From an uncultured Ruminococcus sp. (lineage in GTDB: Bacteria; Bacillota; Clostridia; Oscillospirales; CAG-382): a DNA stretch of 64,000 bases. The notes under the pieces are model-generated. The model had not been told where the DNA came from, did not search any database, and saw only the letters and a program-made list of their open reading frames with translations. The position numbers and the translations under genes are program-made. The stretch covers positions 512-64,511 of the forward strand of contig CAZHBX010000006.1 in assembly GCA_964530795.1 (NCBI GenBank), in the 5' to 3' direction. Positions 16,822 to 25,905 of the stretch are shown here, one piece after another; position 1 is the stretch's first letter, and the number at the start of each line of letters is the position of its first letter.

Positions 16822-18216
16822 TTGAAAACCAGCTATATTTGCGAAAACTGCGGAAATGTGACCGCAAAATGGTTCGGAAAATGTCCGTCCTGCGGCGCGT
16901 GGAACACAATGACGGAGCAGGAAACCGTCCCGGAACCGGCGCCGCCGACGAAGGCGCGCCGCGCCCCGCTCCACAATACCCAGACGGTCGAGCATTCCAA
17001 GGCGCTTCGCATTGATGAAATTCTTTTCCAAAACGACATTCGCTTTTTGACCGGGCTCGGCGAATTCGACCGAGTCCTCGGAGGCGGACTGGTCGAAGGA
17101 TCGGTTGTGCTGATTTCCGGCGAACCGGGCATTGGAAAATCCACTTTACTACTCCAAATTTGTCAATTCGTGGGGAAAAACGCGAGACTTTTATATGTCA
17201 CCGGCGAGGAATCCATTTCGCAGATCAAACTGCGGGCGACCCGCATCGGTGTCGATACGGCGAACCTGCTCGTCCTGAGCGAGACTTCGGTCAACAAGAT
17301 CATTCCGGAAATCAACACGGTACAACCGGATGTGGTAATTATTGACTCTATTCAGACCATGTATGACGAGAACTTTCCGTCCTCGCCCGGTACGATCACG
17401 CAGGTCAAGCAAGCGACCATGCAGTTGATTGCCAAGGCGAAAGAGGACCGGATATCCATCCTGATCGTCGGACACGTCAATAAAGACGGAGCGATTGCCG
17501 GGCCAAAGGTACTCGAACATATGGTCGACGCGGTGCTCTATTTCGAAGGGGACAAGCAGCACGCTTACCGCATCATCCGCGCGGTCAAAAACCGCTACGG
17601 CTCAACCAACGAGATCGGAATGTTCGAGATGTCGGACAACGGGCTGACGGAGATTGAAAAGCCATCCGAGCACATCCTCCAGCAGCGCCCGAAGGACGTT
17701 CCCGGAAGCTGTGCGGCGGCGGTCATGGAGGGCAGCCGTCCGATGATCACCGAGATACAGGCGCTTTCCTCCAATACAACGTTTCCATCGCCTCGCAGAA
17801 TGTCTTCAGGTTTTGATTATAACCGGCTTGCTTTGCTGCTCGCGGTTCTTGAAAAACGCCTTGGGCTGCGCTTTTCAACGCAGGATGTATACCTAAACAT
17901 TGCCGGCGGACTGCGCATTGACGAACCTGCGTGTGACGCCGCCGCCGCGATGGCGCTGCTTTCGAGTTATAAGGAAATCCCGGTACCGGAGGACCTGATC
18001 GTCATGGGCGAAATCGGGCTGGCCGGCGAATGCCGTTCCATCAACGTATTGGACCAACGGCTGAGCAACGCCGCACGGCTTGGGTTCAAACGCGCAGCGA
18101 TCCCACACCACAACGCGGAGCGGATGAAAAACGCATACGGAATGGGGATCGTTCGTTTGCAGAGCATTTTTGATTTGCTGCGTCTGTTGAACGCGCCAAA
18201 AAAGGAAGAAGAATAA
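16822..18216 (+). CDS. radA: DNA repair protein RadA
   Basis: Zinc ribbon CENCG..CPSCGAWNT, Walker A GEPGIGKST, KNRYG motif and Lon-like C-terminus. TTG start lies 8 nt after GGAGG. Confidence 0.95.
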   Translation: MKTSYICENCGNVTAKWFGKCPSCGAWNTMTEQETVPEPAPPTKARRAPLHNTQTVEHSKALRIDEILFQNDIRFLTGLGEFDRVLGGGLVEGSVVLISGEPGIGKSTLLLQICQFVGKNARLLYVTGEESISQIKLRATRIGVDTANLLVLSETSVNKIIPEINTVQPDVVIIDSIQTMYDENFPSSPGTITQVKQATMQLIAKAKEDRISILIVGHVNKDGAIAGPKVLEHMVDAVLYFEGDKQHAYRIIRAVKNRYGSTNEIGMFEMSDNGLTEIEKPSEHILQQRPKDVPGSCAAAVMEGSRPMITEIQALSSNTTFPSPRRMSSGFDYNRLALLLAVLEKRLGLRFSTQDVYLNIAGGLRIDEPACDAAAAMALLSSYKEIPVPEDLIVMGEIGLAGECRSINVLDQRLSNAARLGFKRAAIPHHNAERMKNAYGMGIVRLQSIFDLLRLLNAPKKEEE

Positions 18217-18220
18217 AACC

Positions 18221-18260
18221 GAAAGCGTGTCGGAAACGTTCCGACGCGCTTTCTTTCGTT
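18221..18260 (+). terminator. Rho-independent terminator of radA
   Basis: 15-bp stem GAAAGCGTGTCGGAA / TTCCGACGCGCTTTC (one G-U pair), 3-nt loop, followed by TTTCGTT. Confidence 0.7.
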
Positions 18261-18267
18261 ATCCCTA

Positions 18268-18303
18268 TTCCATTGTACAAAATTTGCATTTTGTACAATG
18301 GAA
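18268..18303. repeat. 36-bp perfect palindrome (16-bp arms TTCCATTGTACAAAAT, loop TTGC)
   Basis: Read directly. It lies between convergent radA and the ABC exporter and is followed by the tandem direct repeat ATGGAATGTGTTTT x2 (18298-18325). Confidence 0.8.
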
Positions 18304-18394
18304 TGTGTTTTATGGAATGTGTTTTTAGGAGGACATAAAAAGGCGGGTGCGGAAACGTGTCCCCTAGATTCCTTTTACGTCTTATTATTACGTC

Positions 18395-20110
18395 TTACGT
18401 CGTGTCATGGCGAAACTGCGACTGGTATAGGCGTTCATACACGCCGTGCTTCGCGAGCAGTTCCTCGTGCGTGCCGTATTCGACGATGTCACCGTGCTCC
18501 ATGACGAGAATCATTCCGCATTCCCGGATAGTCGAAAGACGGTGCGCAATCAGAAACGTCGTCTTTCCTCGCATGATCTCCCGGAAGGTCTTCGAGATGC
18601 GCATCTCTGTCACGATGTCGACGTTGCTGGTCGCCTCGTCGAGAATCAGCATCGGGCGATTCACCAGCATCATCCGCGCGATCGCCAGCAGCTGCCGCTG
18701 CCCGGCAGACAGATTGCTTCCCTCCTCCTCAATGCGGGTGTCGTATCCGTTCGGCAGGCGCTCAATAAAAGCATGCGCGTTGGCCGCTTTCGCCGCGGCG
18801 ACCATTTCGTCGTCGGTCGCGTCCGGCTTTGCAAACAGCAGGTTTTCCCGCACCGTCCCAGCAAACAGCCAGCTTTCCTGAAGGACCATCCCGAACTGTC
18901 TTCGAAGCTCTTCTCGTGGTATATTAGCTATATCAACACCATCTATGGTGATTTTTCCGCCGTCCAACTCGTAAAATCGCATCAGCAGGTTGATCATCGT
19001 GGTCTTCCCCGCGCCGGTGGGACCGACGATGGCAACCTGTGTCCCGGCAGGAATGTTCATGGTGCAGGAGCGAATCAGCGGAGTTTTGCCATCATAGGAA
19101 AAGTTGACCTGTTCAAAGTTGATCTCCCCGTTTGGCTTTTCCGGTAAAGAAAGCGTGCCGTCCGGAGACATTTCCGGCTCGTCAAACAGGGCGAATAGCC
19201 GCCGCGCGGACGCCATGGCACTTTGGAGTTGCATCGTCAGCGAGGTGATCTCATTGAACGGCTTGGAAAACTGCGACATATAACTGAGGAATGCGGCGAT
19301 GCTGCCCGGCGACATATGCACAAGCAGGGCGAAAATTCCGACAAGTACGTATGCCGTGTTGTTGACGAACCGGGTCGTCGGATTGACGAGCGCAGACGCG
19401 AACTGCGCGCGGTACCCCGCGTCGTACAGCGTCTGATTGAGCCGGTCGAACCGCTCCGCCGAGCGGACCTCGTAACGGAAGAGTTTGACCGTGTGGGCGG
19501 AGCTAATGAATTCCTCGGCGTAAGCGTTCACGTCGCCAAGGATTTTCGCCTGTTCACGAAAGCGCTTTTTGCCGTACTTCGTGATGGCACGCCCGACGAA
19601 GAAACACAGCGGCGTCGCGACCAGTACGACGGCGGTCACCCGCACATCGAGGTAGAGCATAAACCCCAGCGAAATTAGGATGGACGACACCCCAGAGATT
19701 AGCTGTACGATGCTGCTGTTGAGCCCGTCGCTGACCGCCTCGACGTCGTTGGTAAAGCGGCTAATAATATCTCCATGCGGGGTATGGTCAAAATAGGAAA
19801 GCGGGAGGCGCGACAGCTTCTCAAAAAGGCCTTTGCGGAGCGCGTTCGCCGCTTCCTGCGCAACACGGACCGCCAACCGTGCGCTGAGCCATTGGAACAG
19901 TACACCGATTCCGTAAAAAAGCAGCAAAGAAAGCAATAAGGACAGCCACGGCTCTCCCGCGAAGATTGCGTCGATCGTCGAACCGATGCGCTTCGGTGCA
20001 AGGAGCAAGGCGATGTTTCCGAGTATCACGAACACGAACACCCAAAACAACGTTTTTTTTGCTCTGCCGAGCAACCGAAGCAGCCGGCGAAGGGTATGCT
20101 CCCTCTTCAT
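18395..20110 (-). CDS. ABC transporter, fused permease/ATP-binding subunit (exporter type, second half of a heterodimer)
   Basis: Six-TM domain plus Walker A GPTGAGKTT, signature LSAGQRQ and Walker B LILDEATS. ATG 20110 overlaps the upstream stop (ATGA). Confidence 0.9.
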   Translation of the reverse strand: MKREHTLRRLLRLLGRAKKTLFWVFVFVILGNIALLLAPKRIGSTIDAIFAGEPWLSLLLSLLLFYGIGVLFQWLSARLAVRVAQEAANALRKGLFEKLSRLPLSYFDHTPHGDIISRFTNDVEAVSDGLNSSIVQLISGVSSILISLGFMLYLDVRVTAVVLVATPLCFFVGRAITKYGKKRFREQAKILGDVNAYAEEFISSAHTVKLFRYEVRSAERFDRLNQTLYDAGYRAQFASALVNPTTRFVNNTAYVLVGIFALLVHMSPGSIAAFLSYMSQFSKPFNEITSLTMQLQSAMASARRLFALFDEPEMSPDGTLSLPEKPNGEINFEQVNFSYDGKTPLIRSCTMNIPAGTQVAIVGPTGAGKTTMINLLMRFYELDGGKITIDGVDIANIPREELRRQFGMVLQESWLFAGTVRENLLFAKPDATDDEMVAAAKAANAHAFIERLPNGYDTRIEEEGSNLSAGQRQLLAIARMMLVNRPMLILDEATSNVDIVTEMRISKTFREIMRGKTTFLIAHRLSTIRECGMILVMEHGDIVEYGTHEELLAKHGVYERLYQSQFRHDTT

Positions 20111-21876
20111 ACGTTCTCCCCCTCCCCTTTCACGTTCTGAGAGCGGCAAATTTCCCGGTAAGCCTCACACATGCGATACAGGTCGTCGTGCTTTCCCGCC
20201 CCGGCGAGCCGCCCATCGTCGAGCACGAGAATCAGGTCCGCGTGCCGAACCGTGCTGACCCGCTGAGAAATCATGAACAGAGTCACCCCGTGCAGTTCCT
20301 TGCGGATACCCTCGCGCACCGCCGCATCTGTCGCGTAGTCGAGCGCGCTGGTCGCGTCGTCTAGCACGAGAATTTCGCTTTCCGTCGCGATGGCACGAGC
20401 GATGGCGAGGCGCTGCCGTTGCCCGCCGCTGAAGTTTCGTCCGCCCCGCGCGACGGAAGCATCGTAGCCGTTTTCCTTTTCGCGAATGAACGCATCCGCC
20501 TGCGCGATTTGCGCCGCGTGTTCGAGCGTTTCCCGCGTCGCCTTCGGGTTGCCGAGCGACAGGTTTTCCGCCACCGTGCCGGAAAAGAGCTGCACTTCCT
20601 GTGGGACGACAGCGACCTTCTTTCGGAGCGCTTCGAGCGTGTAATCCCGCACGTTCACGCCGTCGACAAGCACTTCCCCATCCGTGCAATCGTACAGGCG
20701 GGAGAGCAGATGGGTCAGCGTGCTCTTGCCGGATCCAGTCCCTCCAATAAGACCGACGGTCATCCCGCGCTCGACGGTAAACGAGATGTGCTCAAGCACG
20801 TTCTTTTCATGATAGGAAAAAGACACATCCCGGAAGCACACGGTGGGGGCGCCCGGAACTCCCTCGGTCTCTTTCCCGTCCCGCAGCGCCGGTTCTGTTC
20901 GCAACACCTCGCAAACCCGCTTGGCGCTGACGTATGCCTTTGAATACATCACGACGAGGTTGGAAACCACGAGGACGGCCGCGAGGATTTGATTAACATA
21001 ATTGATTAAAGCGATGATGTCCCCGCTGCTGACGTCGCCGTACCCGTTATACCGCCAACCGCTGATAGCTAGGATCAGGATGACCGCGACGTTGAGGATC
21101 AGCTGCGTCAGCGGGCTAAGCAGGATACCGGCCCGGTTCGCCCGAACGGCGGAACGCATCCAGTCGTCTGCATTTTCACGATAGCGATTTTCCTGCTCCT
21201 TCGTGCGGGTAAAAGCGCGGACAACCCGCACCCCGGACAGGTTTTCTCGCAGAATGGCCGTCAGTCGATCATTTTTCTTTTGTGTTTCGGTGTGCAGCGG
21301 CACGCTCCTGCGGGTCACAAGCACCATCGCGAGCAGTAAAAGCGGCACGACGAAGAGAATCACAAGCGCCAGCCGTGCCTGCATCCAGAACGCCATCACA
21401 ATCCCGCCAACGCACAGGAATGGCGCGCGGATGACCAAACGGATCAGCATGGCGACGGCGTTCTGCAAAGCGTTCACGTCCGCGGTCAGGCGGTTGATCA
21501 GCGACGGCGTGCCGAACGCATCCAATTCCCGGTGGGAAAGAGACTGAATCTTGCGGTACAGCACACTCCGCAGTTTCGTGCCGTACCCCTGCGAGACCTG
21601 GCTTGCCCAATACTGGCAGAGAATCGCCGAACACAGCCCGAGCGCGACGATGCCGACAAGGATTGCCCCTTCTCGCAGCACGTAATCCCGGTACGGCTCC
21701 CCCGCTTCCTGCATTTCCAGAACGCGGTCGATGACGCCTGCCAGCCGCAGGGGCATATACAATTCCAAAATTGCTTCGAACAGCTTGAAAAGCGGTCCCG
21801 CGATACATCTCCAAAGGAACGGACGCAGATAGACCACCAGCGGGCGGATGACCGGACTTTGTTCGGTTTTCTTCAT
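20107..21876 (-). CDS. ABC transporter, fused permease/ATP-binding subunit (exporter type, first half of a heterodimer)
   Basis: Walker A GGTGSGKST, signature FSGGQRQ, Walker B LVLDDATS. ATG 21876 is preferred over GTG 21879 on RBS spacing. Confidence 0.9.
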   Translation of the reverse strand: MKKTEQSPVIRPLVVYLRPFLWRCIAGPLFKLFEAILELYMPLRLAGVIDRVLEMQEAGEPYRDYVLREGAILVGIVALGLCSAILCQYWASQVSQGYGTKLRSVLYRKIQSLSHRELDAFGTPSLINRLTADVNALQNAVAMLIRLVIRAPFLCVGGIVMAFWMQARLALVILFVVPLLLLAMVLVTRRSVPLHTETQKKNDRLTAILRENLSGVRVVRAFTRTKEQENRYRENADDWMRSAVRANRAGILLSPLTQLILNVAVILILAISGWRYNGYGDVSSGDIIALINYVNQILAAVLVVSNLVVMYSKAYVSAKRVCEVLRTEPALRDGKETEGVPGAPTVCFRDVSFSYHEKNVLEHISFTVERGMTVGLIGGTGSGKSTLTHLLSRLYDCTDGEVLVDGVNVRDYTLEALRKKVAVVPQEVQLFSGTVAENLSLGNPKATRETLEHAAQIAQADAFIREKENGYDASVARGGRNFSGGQRQRLAIARAIATESEILVLDDATSALDYATDAAVREGIRKELHGVTLFMISQRVSTVRHADLILVLDDGRLAGAGKHDDLYRMCEAYREICRSQNVKGEGENV

Positions 21877-21899
21877 CACATAGACCGCCTTTCAAACAA

Positions 21900-21924
21900 A
21901 CACCCACAAGAAATATGTGGGTGT
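21900..21924 (-). terminator. hairpin separating the xerD-linked membrane gene from the ABC genes
   Basis: ACACCCACA / TGTGGGTGT stem with an 8-nt loop and T-rich flanks on both strands. Confidence 0.45.
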
Positions 21925-21938
21925 TGTTTTATTTTCGT

Positions 21939-22934
21939 TTATCCACGGTCCGTAAAGACCGGCTCGATCTCCTCTTCCTGCGGACGTTCTTCCGGGTGAT
22001 CCCGGTAGTACGGCTCAATCATATAGGTTTCGATAACCGGATAGGCCGCGTAGACGCCGATATATTGCAAGATCCCGAACGTAAAAACGATCGGCAGGAA
22101 GGTTCCGAAGACCGGGAACATCACGTACAGATACAGATTTATAAAAATGGTCAAAGCGGACCCAAGCAGGCACATCAGGTTCCGCTTCCAGCCGAGGAAA
22201 ACGAGGAACAGCGAATTTTTGAGTAGTTTTGTGAACTTGAGATCAAACGTGACGAGAATGAGGTAGATATAGCTCCGCATGACGAAATAGACGAGCGCGG
22301 AGAACAGCACGACGTAGAACGCCATCTGCATGAAGAAACTATTGGCGTTGGCGTAGTAAGCGATCAAATCGTAGCCGAGAAACAGGATCATCAGCGCGTC
22401 GAGGATTGCGATCGGAAGTCCCTGCCGCAGGTTCCTTCGGATCGCCGAAAAGAACTCGCTCCACGGGGAAAGCGGCTCGCAACGCACGATACTCCGCATG
22501 TTGTACACCGCGCCGAGCGTGGAAAGCCCGAAGGTCAATATCAGCAGGAAGGCGCAATACATCAGCACCCTTGAGGCGGTCGAAACGATCTGCACGGTCG
22601 TGCCAATGCCGAAAAGCCCGTACAGCATGGAGAGCATCGGGTCCCGTTCCCCTGCCAGCTCCATCCCGTAAAGCGTCGCATAAAGCGGCGACATCGGCGC
22701 GGGGACGCTGCTGTCGAGGTTGCCGGAAAGTCCGAACAGGAACAGCAGGATCGGAAAATTGCAAAGCGAAAAGACGATGCTGGTAGAGGAAATATCGCCC
22801 AGCCGATTCTTAAAGAGCCGGAAAAAGAATCCGAGCCCCATTTTCTTGTCCCGCTCGACCTGCTGCTTCGTCACGCCCTTGCCGCTGCGATTGTTTGTCC
22901 CGGAAAAAAAGTTGTAAATTCTGCCTTTGCCCAT
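21939..22934 (-). CDS. hypothetical polytopic membrane protein (possibly YesL/DUF624-like)
   Basis: About 6-7 hydrophobic helices and an acidic C-terminal tail. It starts 3 nt after the xerD stop. The family assignment is a weak impression only. Confidence 0.5.
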   Translation of the reverse strand: MGKGRIYNFFSGTNNRSGKGVTKQQVERDKKMGLGFFFRLFKNRLGDISSTSIVFSLCNFPILLFLFGLSGNLDSSVPAPMSPLYATLYGMELAGERDPMLSMLYGLFGIGTTVQIVSTASRVLMYCAFLLILTFGLSTLGAVYNMRSIVRCEPLSPWSEFFSAIRRNLRQGLPIAILDALMILFLGYDLIAYYANANSFFMQMAFYVVLFSALVYFVMRSYIYLILVTFDLKFTKLLKNSLFLVFLGWKRNLMCLLGSALTIFINLYLYVMFPVFGTFLPIVFTFGILQYIGVYAAYPVIETYMIEPYYRDHPEERPQEEEIEPVFTDRG

Positions 22935-22937
22935 CGG

Positions 22938-23843
22938 TTATGCCCTCGGATGAAACTTCATATAGCTTTTCTGCATCTTGCCTTTGAGGTATTGCGTATA
23001 TTTCTGCGTGGAAGCGAGGTCGCGGTGGCCGAGGATCTCCTGGATTTCGTGGATATCCGCCCCGTTTTCAAGCAGGTGCGCCGCAAAGGAATGACGGAGC
23101 GTGTGCGGAGTAATGTCCTTTTGAATGTTCGCCGCCCGCACGTAGCCTTTGAGAATCTTCCAAAAGCCCTGCCGGGTCATTCGCTCGCCGGAAATGTTGA
23201 CAAACAGCGCTTCTTCGCTCTGCCCCGCCGTCAGGATCGGACGGGAGCGACGAAGGTAGACCTCCAGCGCGTGGAGCGCAACCGGATAGAGCGGGATGAG
23301 CCGCTCGTTTTCGTTTCCGCCGCAGCGCACACAGGAAAGAACGAGGTTGACATCGGTCAGGTTCAGGCCGACCAACTCGGAAACCTTAATCCCGGTCGCG
23401 TACAGCAATTCGAGCATCGCCTTGTCCCGCATTCCCTTCACGTCGCTGATGTCCGGTTGAGACAGCAGGGTCTCCACCTCGGCGGAGGTCAAGACGCTCA
23501 GCTCCTTCTTCGTCGCCTTGTCGTTGTGGACGCTGCGGGCAGGGTTGCTTTGCATCTGTCCAACGGCGACAAGGTACTGGAACATCCCGCGCAGCGCGGA
23601 CAGCGAACGGCTGACGGATGACGCGGAAAGTCCAGTCGACGCGAGGTACTGCTTATACTGCTCGACGTCCTCCGGCGTCAAGTCGGCGAAGCTGTCCACC
23701 CCATGAACGTCCGCGAAATCGAAGAACTTTTCGAGGTCACGACGGTACGCCTGTACTGTGTTGTCGGGGGAATGCCTGACGCCAGACAGGTATTCCAGAT
23801 AATGATGCAATTGTAGGGTCAATTGTCCGGAATCGTTCAGCAT
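22938..23843 (-). CDS. xerD: site-specific tyrosine recombinase XerD (chromosome dimer resolution)
   Basis: N-terminal SAM-like domain (YLEYLSGVRHSPDNTVQAYRRDL). Catalytic region has R..HTLRHSFAAHLLENGADIHEIQEILGHRDLASTQKYT with the terminal Tyr. Confidence 0.85.
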   Translation of the reverse strand: MLNDSGQLTLQLHHYLEYLSGVRHSPDNTVQAYRRDLEKFFDFADVHGVDSFADLTPEDVEQYKQYLASTGLSASSVSRSLSALRGMFQYLVAVGQMQSNPARSVHNDKATKKELSVLTSAEVETLLSQPDISDVKGMRDKAMLELLYATGIKVSELVGLNLTDVNLVLSCVRCGGNENERLIPLYPVALHALEVYLRRSRPILTAGQSEEALFVNISGERMTRQGFWKILKGYVRAANIQKDITPHTLRHSFAAHLLENGADIHEIQEILGHRDLASTQKYTQYLKGKMQKSYMKFHPRA

Positions 23844-23858
23844 TTTGAATCCCCCATG

Positions 23859-24449
23859 TTAAGATAGGGTCGAAAAAGGCAGAAACAAAAACTCCGCCGC
23901 TCGACTCAACAGGTACGTAACCAAAAACAGCAGGCAGAACGCGAGAAAGGACTTGCAACGAAAGACAAATTTCCAGCCGGAATAGGACCGGCGGGAGGTC
24001 AGAAACGCTTCGACCGAGAAGAGTAGGACACCTAAGTACAGCGTGAGCAGCAGGCACAGGCAAAGCGTTTCGCGCACCGTGGAGAGTGCAAACGACCCCG
24101 CCGCGCAGCCGAACAGGAAAGAAAACCAGACGAGTCCCCCCGGCACGACCACCACGCCGAACAGCGTCACGCCGCAAAGCAGCATCGCGGGCAGAAGCAC
24201 CTGCAACGAGCGGATCGCGGACAGAAACCCGACGGACGTCCCCTGTACCGACGCAAAATAGCACCCAAGCAGAATGCCGAAGGCGGCGAGCAGCAGCGCG
24301 AAAAGGTAGTACCGCTTCCGCCGGACGAACAGGGCGTCCATAGCCCGGGAAAGCCTGCGCAGGCATCGGCGCAAAGCGGAAACCGGATGCTTCGGCTCCG
24401 GCGGGACATACGGGACGAGCGCACGGACAGGCGTATCCGAAAGCGTCAT
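23859..24449 (-). CDS. small polytopic membrane protein, possibly stage II sporulation protein M-like
   Basis: 196 aa from ATG 24449 (GAGGTGA RBS), 4-5 TM helices, immediately upstream of xerD as spoIIM often is in Firmicutes. A sigma-E-like promoter candidate (GCATAT-16-CATATGGT) sits at 24467-24496. The homology itself is not verified. Confidence 0.4.
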   Translation of the reverse strand: MTLSDTPVRALVPYVPPEPKHPVSALRRCLRRLSRAMDALFVRRKRYYLFALLLAAFGILLGCYFASVQGTSVGFLSAIRSLQVLLPAMLLCGVTLFGVVVVPGGLVWFSFLFGCAAGSFALSTVRETLCLCLLLTLYLGVLLFSVEAFLTSRRSYSGWKFVFRCKSFLAFCLLFLVTYLLSRAAEFLFLPFSTLS

Positions 24450-24495
24450 GAAAATCACCTCGGAACACCATATGCTGCTTGTCCCCTCGCATATG

Positions 24496-25329
24496 CTACA
24501 GGGAAGCGGAAATCTCATCGGCCCGCTTCGTGCAGGCATCCATCGCGCGGGCGACGGTGCCGGCAAAATCGGCGTCCGAAAAGACCTGCATAGCGGCAAG
24601 CGTCGTTCCGCCCGGGCTGCAAACCCGGCGGATCAGCTCGTCGATCGGGCAGTCCGCCTGCGAAATCATCTTCACGGCGCCCGTGACGGTGCGCAGAATC
24701 AGCGGGAGCGCCTGCTCAGCGGGGATCCCCTGCTGCACAGCGCCATCGAGCATCGCCTTCACAAACAGATAGACATAGGCGGGCGAGGAGCCGTTAACCG
24801 AGATAATTGGGTTAAGCTGTGCTTCCTCCAGTACAACGACCGTCGCGATCGAGGAGAAAAGCCGACAGACCGTTTCAAACGCCCACTTGGGGACGCAACC
24901 ATTCCCGCACAGGGCGACCGTCCCTTCGCCAACCTGGATTGGCGTACTCGGCATCATACGAATGACCGGGACTTCCCCGCCGGCAGTCTCACAGATCAGC
25001 GCGCACGGAACGCAAGCGGCAACAGAAACAAACACCATTTCCTTGCGATATCCGCTTGCGCGCACGCATTCCGCGACGACTTCCCGCACGGTCCCAGGCT
25101 TGACGCAAAGAAAAAGAAAGTCGGCATTATCCAGCGTCTCCGCGATCGACCCGGCGGTTCGAACGCCGATGGACCGATACGAAGGGTACTTGTCCGGATG
25201 TTTGCAGCAAACCGAAATCCGGTCCGGCGCAAGCGCACCGGAGAAAACCAGCCCGCGAATCATCGCGCCGCCCATGTTTCCGCCACCGATGAATGCGCAC
25301 CGGCCGCCGTTGCTTTCCCATTTGTTCAT
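24496..25329 (-). CDS. proC: pyrroline-5-carboxylate reductase
   Basis: FIGGGNMGGAMIRGL Rossmann motif and the C-terminal VCSPGGTT signature. Confidence 0.92.
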   Translation of the reverse strand: MNKWESNGGRCAFIGGGNMGGAMIRGLVFSGALAPDRISVCCKHPDKYPSYRSIGVRTAGSIAETLDNADFLFLCVKPGTVREVVAECVRASGYRKEMVFVSVAACVPCALICETAGGEVPVIRMMPSTPIQVGEGTVALCGNGCVPKWAFETVCRLFSSIATVVVLEEAQLNPIISVNGSSPAYVYLFVKAMLDGAVQQGIPAEQALPLILRTVTGAVKMISQADCPIDELIRRVCSPGGTTLAAMQVFSDADFAGTVARAMDACTKRADEISASL

Positions 25330-25383
25330 CAGCGTTCCCCCTCCTTTCCGCCGATTCTGTCCAAAAGAACCGAAAGCACTTTT

Positions 25384-25412
25384 ATCATACCTCTTTTTGC
25401 CGGAAAATTCAA
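25384..25412 (-). promoter_or_regulatory. sigma-A-type promoter of proC (TTGAAT-17-TATGAT)
   Basis: The reverse complement reads cTTGAATtttccggcaaaaagaggTATGATaaaag. Confidence 0.55.
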
Positions 25413-25611
25413 GGGGGTATCGAGAAATTCCCCAATTTCGTAAAAAATGTAAGATTATTTGAGCGAATTATGGAAACCGAATTATGTAAACCTACGAAAC
25501 CAGTGAAGAAAAGAACAGGATATTGTGCCACGGGAGGTTAAAACTGCAAGATGTTGTTTGTGCAAGTTGCCCCGGCGAACCCTGTCGAATTTTCGGACGA
25601 AAAACAAAAAG

Positions 25612-25637
25612 CCGGCGGATGTGCGTGCATCCGCCGG
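25612..25637 (-). terminator. terminator of the MBL/DUF3006 operon (bidirectional shape)
   Basis: Perfect 10-bp GC-rich stem CCGGCGGATG / CATCCGCCGG, 6-nt loop, with T-runs on both strands. Confidence 0.75.
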
Positions 25638-25660
25638 TTTTCTGGGTCGTTCGACGCTTT

Positions 25661-25876
25661 TCAGCAATCCTTCGTTTCACGGTGGAAAAGTCGCTTGCGC
25701 AGGGATTCCGCGTCACTTTTCCGCCGTTCGGTTGCTTCGTGATCGACGGTCAGGCGCAGCACGTCGCCTTCTTTCGCGTCCGCCGGGAGCAGGCCGGCCG
25801 GGAGGTCGAGCGTCTTCCCCTTTTCGTATTCGCAGACCGCAAAGTCGCCTTCGAATCGGTCAATGATCAGCCGCAT
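25661..25876 (-). CDS. DUF3006 domain protein
   Basis: MRLIIDRFEGDFAVCEYEKGKTLDLPAGLLPADAKEGDVL matches the DUF3006 pattern. It is the usual downstream partner of secreted ComEC-type MBL hydrolases. Confidence 0.7.
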   Translation of the reverse strand: MRLIIDRFEGDFAVCEYEKGKTLDLPAGLLPADAKEGDVLRLTVDHEATERRKSDAESLRKRLFHRETKDC

Positions 25877-25905
25877 GTGAGTAACCCTTCCTTTCCCTGA
25901 TTTCG

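Noticed and set aside
22938-23843. The tyrosine recombinase as a marker of a prophage or integrative element.
   Set aside because: It has XerD-type sequence and sits in a housekeeping context (proC, spoIIM-like, membrane gene). I see no flanking direct repeats, tRNA target, or phage or conjugation genes.
25470-25541. A 23-codon ORF (METELCKPTKPVKKRTGYCATGG) in the proC/DUF3006 spacer that superficially resembles a Cys-containing RiPP precursor ending in GG.
   Set aside because: It has no RBS or promoter, no modifying enzyme, transporter or immunity gene nearby, and it is present in a single copy. This is not enough to call.
25551-25742. A 63-aa ORF preceded by GGGAGG in the DUF3006 downstream spacer.
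   Set aside because: The RBS spacing is 13 nt. The ORF reads straight through the 10-bp GC terminator hairpin and into the antisense of the DUF3006 gene, so it is almost certainly not translated.
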